DNA of 64,000 bases from Anthoceros angustus (lineage: Eukaryota > Plantae > Anthocerotophyta), in the NCBI GenBank assembly GCA_010909165.1, contig VJWM01000106.1, positions 682,001 to 746,000 of the forward strand, given 5' to 3'. Positions within the stretch are counted from its first letter, which is position 1, and every line of letters starts with the position of its first letter. This document shows, one piece after another, positions 12,117 through 24,356 of this stretch. The notes beneath the pieces are model-generated. The model was not told the origin of the DNA, did not search any database, and saw only the letters and a list, made by a program, of their open reading frames with translations. The translations under genes and the position numbers were made by a program.

Positions 12117-13160
12117 CTAAGCTAGTATCTTTGGGGGCTCGCCAGCAGAAGAGAAAGTATCTTCATAGACAGGCACCTGATACAGAGGATCGCTCCAAGG
12201 GCCTGCATCTGAGTTCTCACAGCCACCCAAACAACTGCATGATCCCCCCAAAAACTCTGGCAAATTTTCACGGTCAACCAGCTCCAGTAGCTTGTGGGAG
12301 AAGTGGCTGCCATGAACTTCAATTTTCTTCTGAGTCCTCTTGTCAAGGCAGGGCTTGATCAATGAAAATATGGCCTTGAAAGCGGTTGGTGCGTTGACAA
12401 TAATCATGTTCCCAAGGTGTTCAGGATAATAGTCCTGATCCACCTTAGTGATTCTCTGGATAAAATTCCGCACTTGCTTGCTCATGTGCCTCATAGTCTG
12501 AAAAGACACCAAGTTCAGGAGCAGTATCACACGAAAACCACACAGAACTACACAAGAGAACGCGAGCTTACCAATCCTTTCAGATCCAGAATTGTAAGCG
12601 ACTGAGCAATCGTCTTCCCTGCTTTCTTTGAACATGCCGGGAACTTCACATCAATAAGTATTTCCCACTCCTTCACATGATACAAGAGCATGCGATCCAT
12701 GGTGGTGACCCTCATAACTTCGTCCACGTTCAGCTGTCCCAATCTCTCGATGTACACAGGTCTCCCAATCTTGTCAACCTTGTGATGGAAATGAGGATAC
12801 AGCTCCTTAGTAGCTTTCTTCTCTGGAAACTCGAAAGTCTGGCGGAAGCGAGTACGAAGTCAGGACAGCTCAGACTCACAACGAAGAACAAGGTGATGGC
12901 ACAACTAAAAAAGCACCTGTGCTTAAACACCCAAAACTCACCTCCTTGATGGAGTCCGCACCAATTTCTCTCCGCCACTCAATCATGGCCTCGTACATGG
13001 CCTTGGCCTTCCCAACATCGAACGATCTGGCCTGTAGGAACCGCAGCAATGCATAGTCATCGTCCCTCTTCCGAAGGAGGCTGTGGTCCGTCAAAACGGC
13101 CCGTAACCTCAGCAGGGCCTCCTCCTGTGAGGGAGACAGACTCTCACAGGGACTACTCAT
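12117..13160 (-). CDS. SEC14/CRAL-TRIO phosphatidylinositol transfer protein (3 exons; extra 3' exons cannot be excluded)
   Basis: DDYALLRFLQARSFDVGKAKAM / YPHFHHKVDKIGRPVYIERLGQL..HVKEWE..FPACSKKAG..ILDLKGL / DQDYYPEHLGNMIIVNAP..IKPCLDKRTQKKI..NLPEFLGGSC; GT-AG introns. Confidence 0.9.
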
Positions 13161-13199
13161 CTTGCACCTGGGGAGCTTCACACACAAAAATTATCCCCG

Positions 13200-14760
13200 A
13201 TGTCTGTAGACCGACATGCAACCACCTATATATAGTCCCTCTCCCTGCCCTCGAAGCCTGATATCCTCGTCTTCATTGCCCTAGGTCACCTGCTAAGCCG
13301 AGAACCGCACCAGAACTGAGTTCTTTCTCGGTACAAACCTTGAATAAATATTTCCAAAACAACTCTCCACATGCCGCAACAGCACAGCACAGCACAAGCC
13401 ACAAGTGCATCGACGAAAGAAGGCAGCCAAGCAGCAGCTACCGCAACGTCGCCATTCCTAAGCACAGTGGCAGCCCGCAAGAACAAGAAGCCGCACGGCG
13501 CAGGCAGCACACGCCTCGTTCAAGCGCAGATCCATTCAGCCTCGTTCAAGCGCAGATCATTCAGCTAAACAGCGCCGCTGGCCCGGAGTCCCCAGTTCAC
13601 TGCAAGGCCTAACACCGTGCTTGTGCTCCGCTGGCCCGGAGCCTCCAGTTCACTGGAATGCCAGGCCACCAGGTGCCAGCACAGCCAATTCCACGCTCAA
13701 TCAGCTCCCTCAATTCCCTCACCCGCGGCAGCCGCGCTGATGGAGAGCTCCCCACAGCTTTCTCCTCAGGAGTCAGGAGCATGCAGCACCGGGCCCGCGC
13801 TCAGCCTTCCTTTGAGTCCGCTTCCAGATCGGGCCTAGCATGCACGCAAGGCGTGGCGCGTCGCAGGGCGCGTCGCAAGGGGCAGCGCAGGAGAGCAGCG
13901 CGACACTACAGGCGGCAGCGGGAGGAGCGGACACAGGACACATTTGCTGCTGTCGCCTGGTACTACTTCTCCTTCCTCCTTCCCTTTCCCGTTCGGAGCG
14001 GAGGCTGGACCTCTTGCCCCTCGGGCAGCGCTGCAGCTACCCGGTCGGCCGTTACCCGCGCCCGCGTCCGCACTGGCCCGACTCAAACCCCGTCTTACTA
14101 ACCAGCAATCAGCTGGACGACATCGACGCGATCACGGATCGCGCACCGGTTAGTCGCCGGTTTGGAGCCGTTGAGGAGGCATGGCGTTCTACGCCCCGGC
14201 CGTTAAGATCAACGGACATCGGAGGACCAAACCGTTTTACGAAGCTCCCCGAAAGAAGCAAAATCCGGTCACAGGAAATCAATTTTTTAAGTGTAGGACG
14301 AGCTGCTGGCTGGCGGTGTGCTGTGCGTCATCGCGGCGACACGCTGAAACTTCCACACATCGGATTGGCCACGGCGGGTGTCCGGCTGTGGCTCACACGC
14401 CGAGAGCGCTAAAAATAATAAACGACACAGAACGGCCACGCGCTGTCGCCGATCTCATGCTGGCCTCGGGCGTTGGGAAGTGCATGTGGGGGAGGTTCCT
14501 ACTGTACCTCCATCGAGGGCACAGGGGACTCGGGCCATGGTGAACTGGCTAGAGCTGAAATTTTTTAATCAATGCGTGGCAGAGTCAGAGATCGAATCCG
14601 ACTCCCTCTACTTGCCCCCAAATTTCATTGGCTACAAAACGTACATATCTACGTACACATCTAGCTTATATGCACTTCCTCGTACGGATTCCTTGCCCCC
14701 AAATTTCATTGGCTAAAAAACATACTTATCTAGCTTATCTGCACTTCCTCGTAGTGGTTA
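13200..14760. repeat. SEC14 5' UTR/upstream segment, repeated at about 21450-22850 and 24357-25740
   Basis: Three colinear copies, e.g. CAATCAGCTGGACGACATCGA and CGGCGACACGYTGAAACTTCCACA. Confidence 0.85.
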
Positions 14761-14959
14761 GAACTCTAGTTCGTAGTGGTTAGAACTCTAGTTCTATGTC
14801 TGGATCAGAACTCTAGTTCGTAGTGGTTAGAACTCTAGTTCTATGTCTGGATCAATCTGGATCATCTAGCTTATTTGCATTTCCCCGCAGTGTTTAAAAC
14901 TCTAATCCGATGTCTGGGCCTTCATGCCATTTTTAGAACTCTAATTCGATGTCTGGACC

Positions 14960-16392
14960 TTCATGCCATTTGGGTTAATGTTTCATTGTTAGCGGACTTA
15001 AAGTACATAGTATATGCCATTATGGTTAATGTTTGATAGTCAGTGTTTAGAACTCTAATTCGATGTCTGGGCCTTCATGCAATTTTTAGAACTCTAATTC
15101 GATGTCTGAACCTTCATGTCATTTTGGTTAATGTTTCATTGTTAGCGGACTTAAAGTACATAGTATATGCCATTATGGTTAATGTTTGATAGTATATACC
15201 ATTCTGGTTAATGTTTGATTGTTAGCGGACTTAAAGTACATAGTATATGCCATTCTAGATAATGTTTGATTGTTAGCAGACTTAAAATACATAGTATATG
15301 CCATTCTGGTTAATGTTTGATTGGTAGCAGACTTACAGTACATAGTATATGCCATTCTAGTTAATGTTTGATTGTTAGCGGACTTAAAGTACATAGTATA
15401 GCACTCTGAGTATAACTGACATTAGGTATAGAGTAGAACCAATTTTATATAGAAAGTATAGTCGAATTTAACTTATCTGCACTTCCCCACAGCATTTAAA
15501 ACTCTAATTTGATGTCTGGACCTTCATGCCATTCTGGTTAATGTTTGATTGTTAGCAGACTAAAAGTATATAATATAGCACTGAGAGTATAGATGACTTT
15601 AGGTGGAGAGTATAATCAATTTTATATAGAAAGTATAGTCAAATTTATGTAGAGACTGAAACTTAAAACAAGGTGGTTAATGTTTGGTTGTTAGCGGACT
15701 TCAAGTACATAGTATAGCACTCAGAGTGTAGCTGACACGACCGGTGACCATATTTGTTTACAATGTGAACTTAATCTAAAATCTAGTAAATATAACTCAA
15801 AAGAGTATAGGTTAAGAAATTTTATCATATTGGAATGACTTTGTTGATGGACCTCGATTAAATTTACATTTCTTTAACAATGTAATGATAAAAACCAAAA
15901 GAAAGTGTATTGAACCTCACAATAACAACACGGTTCTAAAATTGGAACCTTTCCAATGGTCGTCATTTCTTATATGTATTATATTATCTCTCCAATTCTA
16001 GACTTTTATGATTCTGAAATCTTGAAAGATCTCAAGGTGACGTATACACCGTGTATAGCACTTAGAGTACAGTTGAATTTAGGTAGAGACTATAACCAAT
16101 TTTATATAGAAAGTATAGTCCACTTTAGGTAGAGACTAATACTTAAAGCCATTCTGGAAAATGTTTGATTGTTAGTGGACTTAAAGTACATAGTATAGCA
16201 ATCAGAGTATAGATGACTTTAGGTGCAGAGTATAAACAATTTTATATAGAAAGTATAGTCGACTTTAAGTGGAGACTGAAACTTAAAGCAAGGACTCTAG
16301 TTTAGACTACGTCTAATTGTTAAGTGACTTAAGAAGTGGGAGAAAGTTTAGCAAGTTATAATAATCCACCTCAAGGATTTGACCTAGTACCC
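14960..16392. mobile_element. AT-rich repeat Y, copy 1 (probable non-autonomous TE carrying an H3 exon relic); other copies at about 17194-18313, 18966-19458, 22840-23560 and 25740-26130
   Basis: Colinear AT-rich copies rich in AGAGTATAG/GACTTTAGGT motifs; no transposase or clear termini found. Confidence 0.6.
15209..15410. repeat. 51-bp tandem repeat, about 4 copies, plus dispersed partial copies
   Basis: Unit TAATGTTTGATTGTTAGCGGACTTAAAGTACATAGTATATGCCATTCTGGT; explains the 17-aa repeat ORF 15179-15394. Confidence 0.9.
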
Positions 16393-19300
16393 CACATCGG
16401 GCTCTAGATGGATTAAGCGAGGTCGAAAGACCTAGCTTCAGTCTTCCCCGGAAAAGGTAGAGAATGTGAAAGTCATGCCACTAGACACAAGGGTGGAACT
16501 CGTTTAGTACATCATGCAGAAGATGTCTGAAAGGGTGTCTTCGAATTGCCAATGTATACGCATGTATGTCAGTAGAGCAATTTGCAAGATCATGAACACG
16601 CAGGTATGTTCCACGCGCAGAGCGGATATACACTGCCGGTAATATAAGTTGGACGAGGATGGGTCGATGGAAACTAGGATATGGTGCTGTGAGAACTTCG
16701 AATTTCATTCAAGCCATCCAGCTCCAAAGGACACCTAACAAGTCATGGCACGACCTTGCACGGCTTCTGCGCTCTGCTTTAGTCACCTAGACCCACGCCA
16801 TAGTAGGTCTGACAAGTGCCCCACAAAGCACTAGGAGGCTACAATATTTACATTATCTTTCTTATTACAACATTCTACATACCAGGGACTGACAATTCTT
16901 CAACCACAGGCTCCACATTCCTACATGTGCAGTGCTTCTTAACTGACAATGAAGATGCTGCCAAACATCCCTTAGACGGCATTAAACATGGCACCACTGA
17001 ACTATTATTTGTACATGTTACAAAAGGCCAAGCGCCTCAAAAGAAAAATCAATAGTAAGCGCAGCCTGGGCCAAAGCCAAAAAACAGGAGGTTTTACCTC
17101 TCATTCGAGTCCACCAAGCAAATAACTATCTACAAGTGGAACCTTACATTCTTGGGAAAATGAGAAAGTAAGATTTGGTTAGTCTTTGGTAGGACTTACG
17201 ATTACATAGTATATGCCATTCTAGTTAATGTTTGATTGTTAGCGGACTTAAAGTACATAGTATAGCACTCGAGTATAACCGACATTAGGTATAGAGTAGA
17301 ACCAATTTTATATAGAAAGTATAGTCGAATTTAACTTATCTCGCACTTCCCACAAAGATTTAAAACTCTAATTTGATGTCTGGACCTTCATGCCATTAGT
17401 TAATGTTTGATTGTTAGCAGACTAAAAGTATATAATATAGCGAGAGTATAGATGACTTTAGGTGGAAGTATAATCAATTTTATATAGAAAGTATAGTCAA
17501 ATTTTATGTAGAGACTGAAACTTAAAACAAGGTGGTTAATGTTTGGTTGTTAGCGGACTTCAAGTACATAGTATAGCACTTTCAGTGTAGGCGACACGAC
17601 CGGTGACCATATTTGTTTACAATGTGAACTTAATCTAAAATCTAGTAAATATAACTCAAAAGAGTATAGGTTAAGAAATTTTATCATATTGGAATGACTT
17701 TGTTGATGGACCTCGATTAAATTTACATTTCTTTAACAATGTAATGATAAAACCAAAAGAAAGTGTATTGAACCTCACAATAACAACACGGTTCTAAAAT
17801 TGGAACCTTTCAATGGTCGTCATTTCTTATATGTATTATATTATCTCTCAATTCTAGACTTTTATGATTACGAAATCTTGAAAGATCTCAAGGTGACGTA
17901 TACACCGTGTATAGCACTTAGAGTACAGTTGAATTTAGGTAGAGACTATAACCAATTTTATATAGAAAGTATAGTCCACTTTAGGTAGAGACTAATACTT
18001 AAAGCCATTCTGGAAAATGTTTGATTGTTAGTGGACTTAAAGTACATAGTATAGCAATCAGAGTATAGATGACTTTAGGTGCAGAGTATAAACAATTTTA
18101 TATAGAAAGTATAGTCGACTTTAAGTGGAGACTGAAACTTAAAGCAAGGACTCTAGTTTAGACTACGTCTAATTGTTAAGTGACTTAAGAAGTGGGAGAA
18201 AGTTAAAGCAAGGACTCTAGTTTAGACTACGTCTAATTGTTAAGTGACTTAAGAAGTGGGAGAAAGTTTAGCAAGTTATAATAATCCACCTCAAGGATTT
18301 GACCTAGTACCCACATCGGGCTCTAGATGGATTAAGCGAGGTCGAAAGACCTAGCTTGATCTTCCCTAAAAGGTAGAGAATGTGAAAGTCATGCCACTAG
18401 ACACAAGGGTGGAACTCGTTTAGTACATCATGCGTAAGATGTCCGAAAGGGTGTCTTGAATTGCCAATGTATACGCATGTATGTCGAGAGCAATTTGCAA
18501 GATCATGAACACGCAGTATGTTCCACGCGAGCGGATATACACGCAGTAATATAAGTTGGACGAGGATGGGTCGATGGAAACTAGGATATGGTCTTTGTGA
18601 GAACTTGAATTTCATTCAAGCCATCCACTCAAAGGACACCTAACAAGTCATGGCACGACCTTGCAACCTGCGCTCTGCTTTAGTCACCTAGACCCACGCC
18701 ATAGTAGGTCCGACAAGTGCCCCACAAAGCACTAGGAGGCTACAATATTTACATTATCTTTCTTATTACAACATTCTACATACCGTGGATGACAATTCTT
18801 CAACCACAGCTCCACATTCCTACATGTGCTTCTTACGACAATGAAGATGCCAAACATCCCTTAGACGGCATTAAACATGGCACCACCGAACTATTATTTG
18901 TACATGTTACAAAAGGCCAAGCGCCTCAAAAGAAAAATCAATAGTAAGCGCACTGGGCCAAAGCCAAAACCAAAAGAAAGTGTATTGAACCTCACAATAA
19001 CAACACGGTTCTAAAATTGGAACCTTTCAATGGTCGTCATTTCTTATATGTATTATATTATCTCTCAATTCTAGACTTTTATGATTACGAAATCTTGAAA
19101 GATCTCAAGGTGACGATACACCGTGTATAGCACTTAGAGTACTTGAATTTAGGTAGAGACTATAACCAATTTTATATAGAAAGTATAGTCCACTTTAGGT
19201 GAGACTAATACTTAAAGCCATTCGGAAAATGTTTGATTGTTAGTGGACTTAAAGTACATAGTATAGCAATAGTATAGATGACTTTAGGTGCGAGTATAAA

Positions 19301-20366
19301 CAATTTTATATAGAAAGTATAGTCGACTTTAAGTGGAGACCCAAAACTTAAAGCAAGGACTCTAGTTTAGACTACGTCTAATTGTTAAGTGACTTAAGAA
19401 GTGGGAGAAAGTTTAGCAAGTTATAATAATCCACCTCAAGGATTTGACCTAGTACCCACATCGGGCTCTAGATGGATTAAGCGGTCGAAAGACCTAGCTT
19501 GATCTTCCCTAAAAGGTAGAGAATGTGAAAGTCATGCCACTAGACACAAGGGTGGAACTCGTTTAGTACATCATGCGTAAGATGTCCGAAAGGGTGTCTT
19601 GAATTGCCAATGTATACGCATGTATGTCGAGAGCAATTTGCAAGATCATGAACACGCAGTATGTTCCACGCGAGCGGATATACACGCAGTAATATAAGTT
19701 GGACGAGGATGGGTCGATGGAAACTAGGATATGGTCTTTGTGAGAACTTGAATTTCATTCAAGCCATCCACTCAAAGGACACCTAACAAGTCATGGCACG
19801 ACCTTGCAACCTGCTGGCTCGCTTTAGTCACCTAGACCCACGCCATAGTAGGTCCGACAAGTGCCCCACAAAGCACTAGGAGGCTACAATATTTACATTA
19901 TCTTTCTTATTACAACATTCTACATACCGTGGATGACAATTCTTCAACCACAGCTCCACATTCCTACATGTAATGCTTCTTAATCGACAATGAAGATGCC
20001 AAACATCCCTTAGACGGCATTAAACATGGCACCACTGAACTATTATTTGTACATGTTACAAAAGGCCAAGCGCCTCAAAGAAAAATCAATAGTAAGCGCA
20101 CTGGGCCAAAGCCAAAACCAAAAAGCAGGAGGTTTTACCTCTCATTCGAGTCCACCAAGCAAATAACTATCTACAAGTGGAACCTTACATTCTTGGGAAA
20201 ATGAGAAAGTAAGATTTGGTTAGTGCTGGTAGGATCATTTAAAATTCGTGTTGCCCGCCTAGGATGATCATCAGTTAAAAGAATGGTAAGAATGTTGCCT
20301 ACGCTGCGAGAGAGGCAAAGAGGTGCAACCACAGTAAAAGAAACCTCCGTGAGGGAGACATCTAAG

Positions 20367-21407
20367 CTAGTATCTTGGGGGGCTCGCCAGCAGAGGAGAA
20401 AGTATCTTCATAAACGGGCACCTGATATAGAGGATCACTCTAAGGGCCTGCATCTCAGTTCTCACAACCACCCAGACAATTGCACGACCGCCCCAAAAAC
20501 TTTGGCAAATTTTCACGATCGACCAGCTCCAGTAGCTTGTGGGAGAAGTGGCTGCCATGAACTTCAATTTTCTTCTGAGTCCTCTTATCAAAGCAGGGCT
20601 TGAACAATGAAAATATGGCCTTGAAAGCGGTTGGCGCATTGACAATAATCATATTCCCAAGGTGTACAGGATAATAGTCTTAATCCACCTTAGTGATTCT
20701 CTAGATAAAATTCCGCACTTGCTTGCTCATGTGCCTCATAGTTTGAAAAGACACCAAGTTCATGAGCAATATCACACGAAAACCACACAGAGTTACACAA
20801 GAGAATGCGAGCTTACCAATCCTTTTAGGTCCAGAATTGTAAGCGACTGAGCAATCGTCTTGAAGTTCCCTGCTTTCTTTGAACATGCCGGGAACTTCAC
20901 ATCAATAAGTATTTCCCACTCCTTCACATGATACAAGAGCATGCGATCCATGGTGGTGACCCTCATAACTTTGTTCACGTTCAGCTGTCCCAACCTCTCG
21001 ATATCGATGTATTCAGGTCTCCCGAACTTTAGAACCTTGTGATGGAAATGAGGATACAACTCCTTAATTACTTTCTTCTCTGGAAACTCGAAAGTCTAGC
21101 GGAAGCGAGTACGAAGTCAAGACAGCTCAGACTCACAACGAAGAAAAAGGTGATGGCACAACTAAAAAAGCACCTATGCTTAAACACCCAAAACTCACCT
21201 CCTTGATGGAGTCCGCACCAATTTCTCTCCGCCACTCAATCATGGCCTCGTACATGGCCTTGGCCTTCCCAACATCAAACGATCGCTGCGGGGAACGCGG
21301 CAATGGATAGTCATCGTCCCTCTTCGAAGGGCGTGGTCCGTCAAGCGGCCGTAACCTCAGCAGGCCTCCTCCTGTGAGGGAGACAGACTCTCACGGGGAC
21401 TACTCAT
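20367..21407 (-). pseudogene. SEC14 copy 2, disrupted
   Basis: Colinear with 12117-13160. Premature stops GAT-CAG to GAT-TAA (about 20678) and AAC-TCA to AAC-TGA (about 20455), and several small deletions in exon 1. Confidence 0.85.
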
Positions 21408-23629
21408 CTTGCACCTCGGGGCTTCATACACAAAATTATCCCAGATGTACGTAGACCGACATGCAACCACTTATATATAGTCCCTCTCCCTACCCTCGAA
21501 GGCTGATATCCTCATCTTCATTGCCCTAGGTCACCTGCTAAGTGGAGAACCGCACTAAAACTGAGTTCTTTCTCGGTACAAACCTTGAATAAATATTTCC
21601 AAAACAACTCTCCACGTCTTTGCCAATACCAGCCTGGCCACAACTAGATCGACCAAGAAGGCAGCGGCTACGCAGCGTCGCCATTCCTAAGCACAGTGGC
21701 AGCCGCAAGAACAAGTAGCCACATGGCGCGGCGACACACCTTGTTCAAGCGCGGATCCATTCGGCCTCGTTCAGCGCGGATCATTGATTCAACGCTGCGC
21801 CCGGCGGCTCCCCAGTTCTGCAAGACCTAACACCGTCCTTGTGCTCCGGCACAGAGCCTCCGATTCCTGGAATGCGAGCCACCAGTGCCACGGCCAATTC
21901 CACGCTCGATAAGCTCCCTCAATTCCCTCACTTGCGGTAGCCACGCTGCTGGAGAGCTCCCCGTAGCTTTCTCCCTCATGAGTCAGGAGCATGTAGCACC
22001 CGGCCCGCGCTCAGCCTTCCTTTCCCTGCGCTTCCAGATCGGGCCTAGCATGCACGCAAGGCGTGGCAGCCCGCAGAACAAGTAGCCACATGGCGCGACA
22101 CTGATCTGGCGGCGTGAGGAGCGCACACATTTCCTACCATTGCTTGGTACTACGTACTTCTCCGACAGGTCCTTCCCTTTCTCGGCTAGACCTCTTGCCC
22201 CTCGGGCAGCGCTGCAGCCACCTGGTCAGCCGTTACCCATCCTAGCGTCCGCACTAGCCTGACCGAAGCCCCATCTTACTAACGAGCAATCAGCTGGACG
22301 ACATCGATATCATTGCGGATCGCGGACCCGATTTCCCGAAAAACGCAAAATCCGGTCACAGGAAATCAATTTTTAAGTTTAGGACGAGCTACTGGCTGGC
22401 AGTGTGCTGTGCATCATCGCGGCGACACGCTGAAACTTCCACACATCGGATTGGCCACGGCAAGTGTCCAGCTCGAGCTCACACGCCGAGAGCACTAAAA
22501 ATAATAAATGGCACAGAACGGCCATGGCCGTCGATCTCATCACATGCCTTAGGCCTTGTAAACTGCATGTGAGGGAGCTTCAGATTATGCATCCAATGGG
22601 GACACAACAGACTCACAAGCCCGGGTGAACTGATTAGCGCTGAAATTTTTTAGATCTATGTATTGCGCTTATTCAGAGATTGAATCCGACTTCCTCTATA
22701 CAAGGCGTGAGTTTCTTTGGGGGCAAGGCCTCCCGATTTCATTGGCTGAAAAACATATATATCTAGCTTATCTCTACTTCCTCGTAGCGTTTAGAACTAT
22801 AGTTCGATGTCTGGACCTTCATCCACATCTAGTTAGTGTTTGATTGTTAGGGGACTTAAAGTACATAGGATACAAATTTAGCTGAAGAGTGTTAGGGGAC
22901 TTAAAGTAAATAGTATATCAGATTTAGGTGAAGAGTATATCTGACCCTAGGTAGACAATATGTTAGCACATTATTTTAGGAAGTATAACCGGTTAGTATA
23001 GCAGACTATAGGCAAAGAGTACAGCCAACTTTAGGCAAAGAGTATAGCTGACTTTAGGTGGAGAGTATAACCAATTTTATGTAGAAAGTACAATCGACTT
23101 TAGGTAGAGACTGAAACTTAAAGCAAGGACTCTAGTCTAGACTATGTTTAATTGTTAAATGACTTAAGAAGTGGGAGAAAGTATAGTAAGTTATAATAAT
23201 TAATCTCAAGGATTTGATCTAGTAAGTACTCCACGATGATTGACCATATTTGTTTACAAAGTGAACTTAATCTAGAATATAGTAAATATAACTTAAAAGA
23301 GTATATGTTAAAAAATTTATCGTATTGGAACGACTTTGTTGATGGAAGTATAGTAAGTTATAATAATTAACCTCAAGGATTTGATCTAGTAAGTACTCCA
23401 CGATGATTGACCATATTTGTTTACAAAGTGAACTTAATCTAGAATATAACTAAATATAACTTAAAAGAGTATATGTTAAGAAATTTATCATATTGGAACG
23501 ACTTTGTTGATGGACCTCTATGATTCTAAAATCTTACAAGATCTCAAGGTGATGTATACGCCGTGGTTTAGCCCTAGATTTGTAAATCAATTTATTCAAT
23601 AAGCCCTAACCCTTATTTGTCTTTCCAAA

Positions 23630-23905
23630 TATTCCTGCATTTCTTTTCAAATGACCATTCGTAACAAGCTTGCCATAGTATGACTAGGTAGATGATAATA
23701 TTCTTATATTCTAACCTAAGATTGCGTTGTTAGAAAATATGGAGCCAGATTTGCAATTTCAAAGTCACTCCCTCCTTGCCCTTCAAAGAACCAGATGAAG
23801 CTTATCTTGTAGAGCTCTTTAAGGATACCAACCTATGTAGGTGACATCCATGCTAAGAAATTATTATAATGGCTAAGGATATGGAGCTGTCCAATCCGTG
23901 ACCAG
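23630..23905 (+). pseudogene. Histone H3.3 relic (exon 2 remnant and exon 3)
   Basis: From 23748 reads DLQFQSHSLLALQ..EAYLVELFKDTNLC..IHAK..IIMAKDMELS with frameshifts; the H87/L90 positions are H3.3-type. Confidence 0.75.
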
Positions 23906-24239
23906 CTTACGTTCGATAGAAAGATATCGATAGAAATCAAAGCTTGAAGCAGCTTTTATGTATCACTTGTAACTTTCATTTATAAGTATGAAATCATAAT
24001 TTGTACACATCATGACTCTATAAAAAAGAAAAACAAGGTCAACATTATACTAACCTAACCTTAACCATGTATTATCTCGTGTTTTACACTAACGCACCTT
24101 CGAAGGTGTATTAAACCCGAGGTTCTTCAAAACTGGTCTAGCTAGAAGCACGTTTTTTAAGGCTTTGCATTGTTTCAAACAAAAGACTACATCCTAGTAA
24201 TATTGTTGCAAACTAGTGCCTAAAAGTAGGTTTGAAAGT

Positions 24240-24356
24240 GGGCTTGGTCAACGAAAATATCACCTTGAAAGCGATTGGTGCATTGACAATAATCATATTC
24301 CCAAGGTGTTTAGGATAATAGTCCTGATCCACCTCAGTGATTCTCTGGATAAAATT
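24240..24356 (-). pseudogene. SEC14 copy 3, exon-3 fragment fused to its upstream segment by a deletion of about 1 kb
   Basis: NFIQRITEVDQDYYPKHLGNMIIVNAPIAFKVIFSL; junction GGATAAAATT|ATTCCTAAACACAG at 24351-24362. Confidence 0.85.

Noticed and set aside
15179-15410. 17-aa repeat protein or CRISPR-like array
   Set aside because: Plain 51-bp tandem repeat with no unique spacers, no cas genes and a eukaryotic context.
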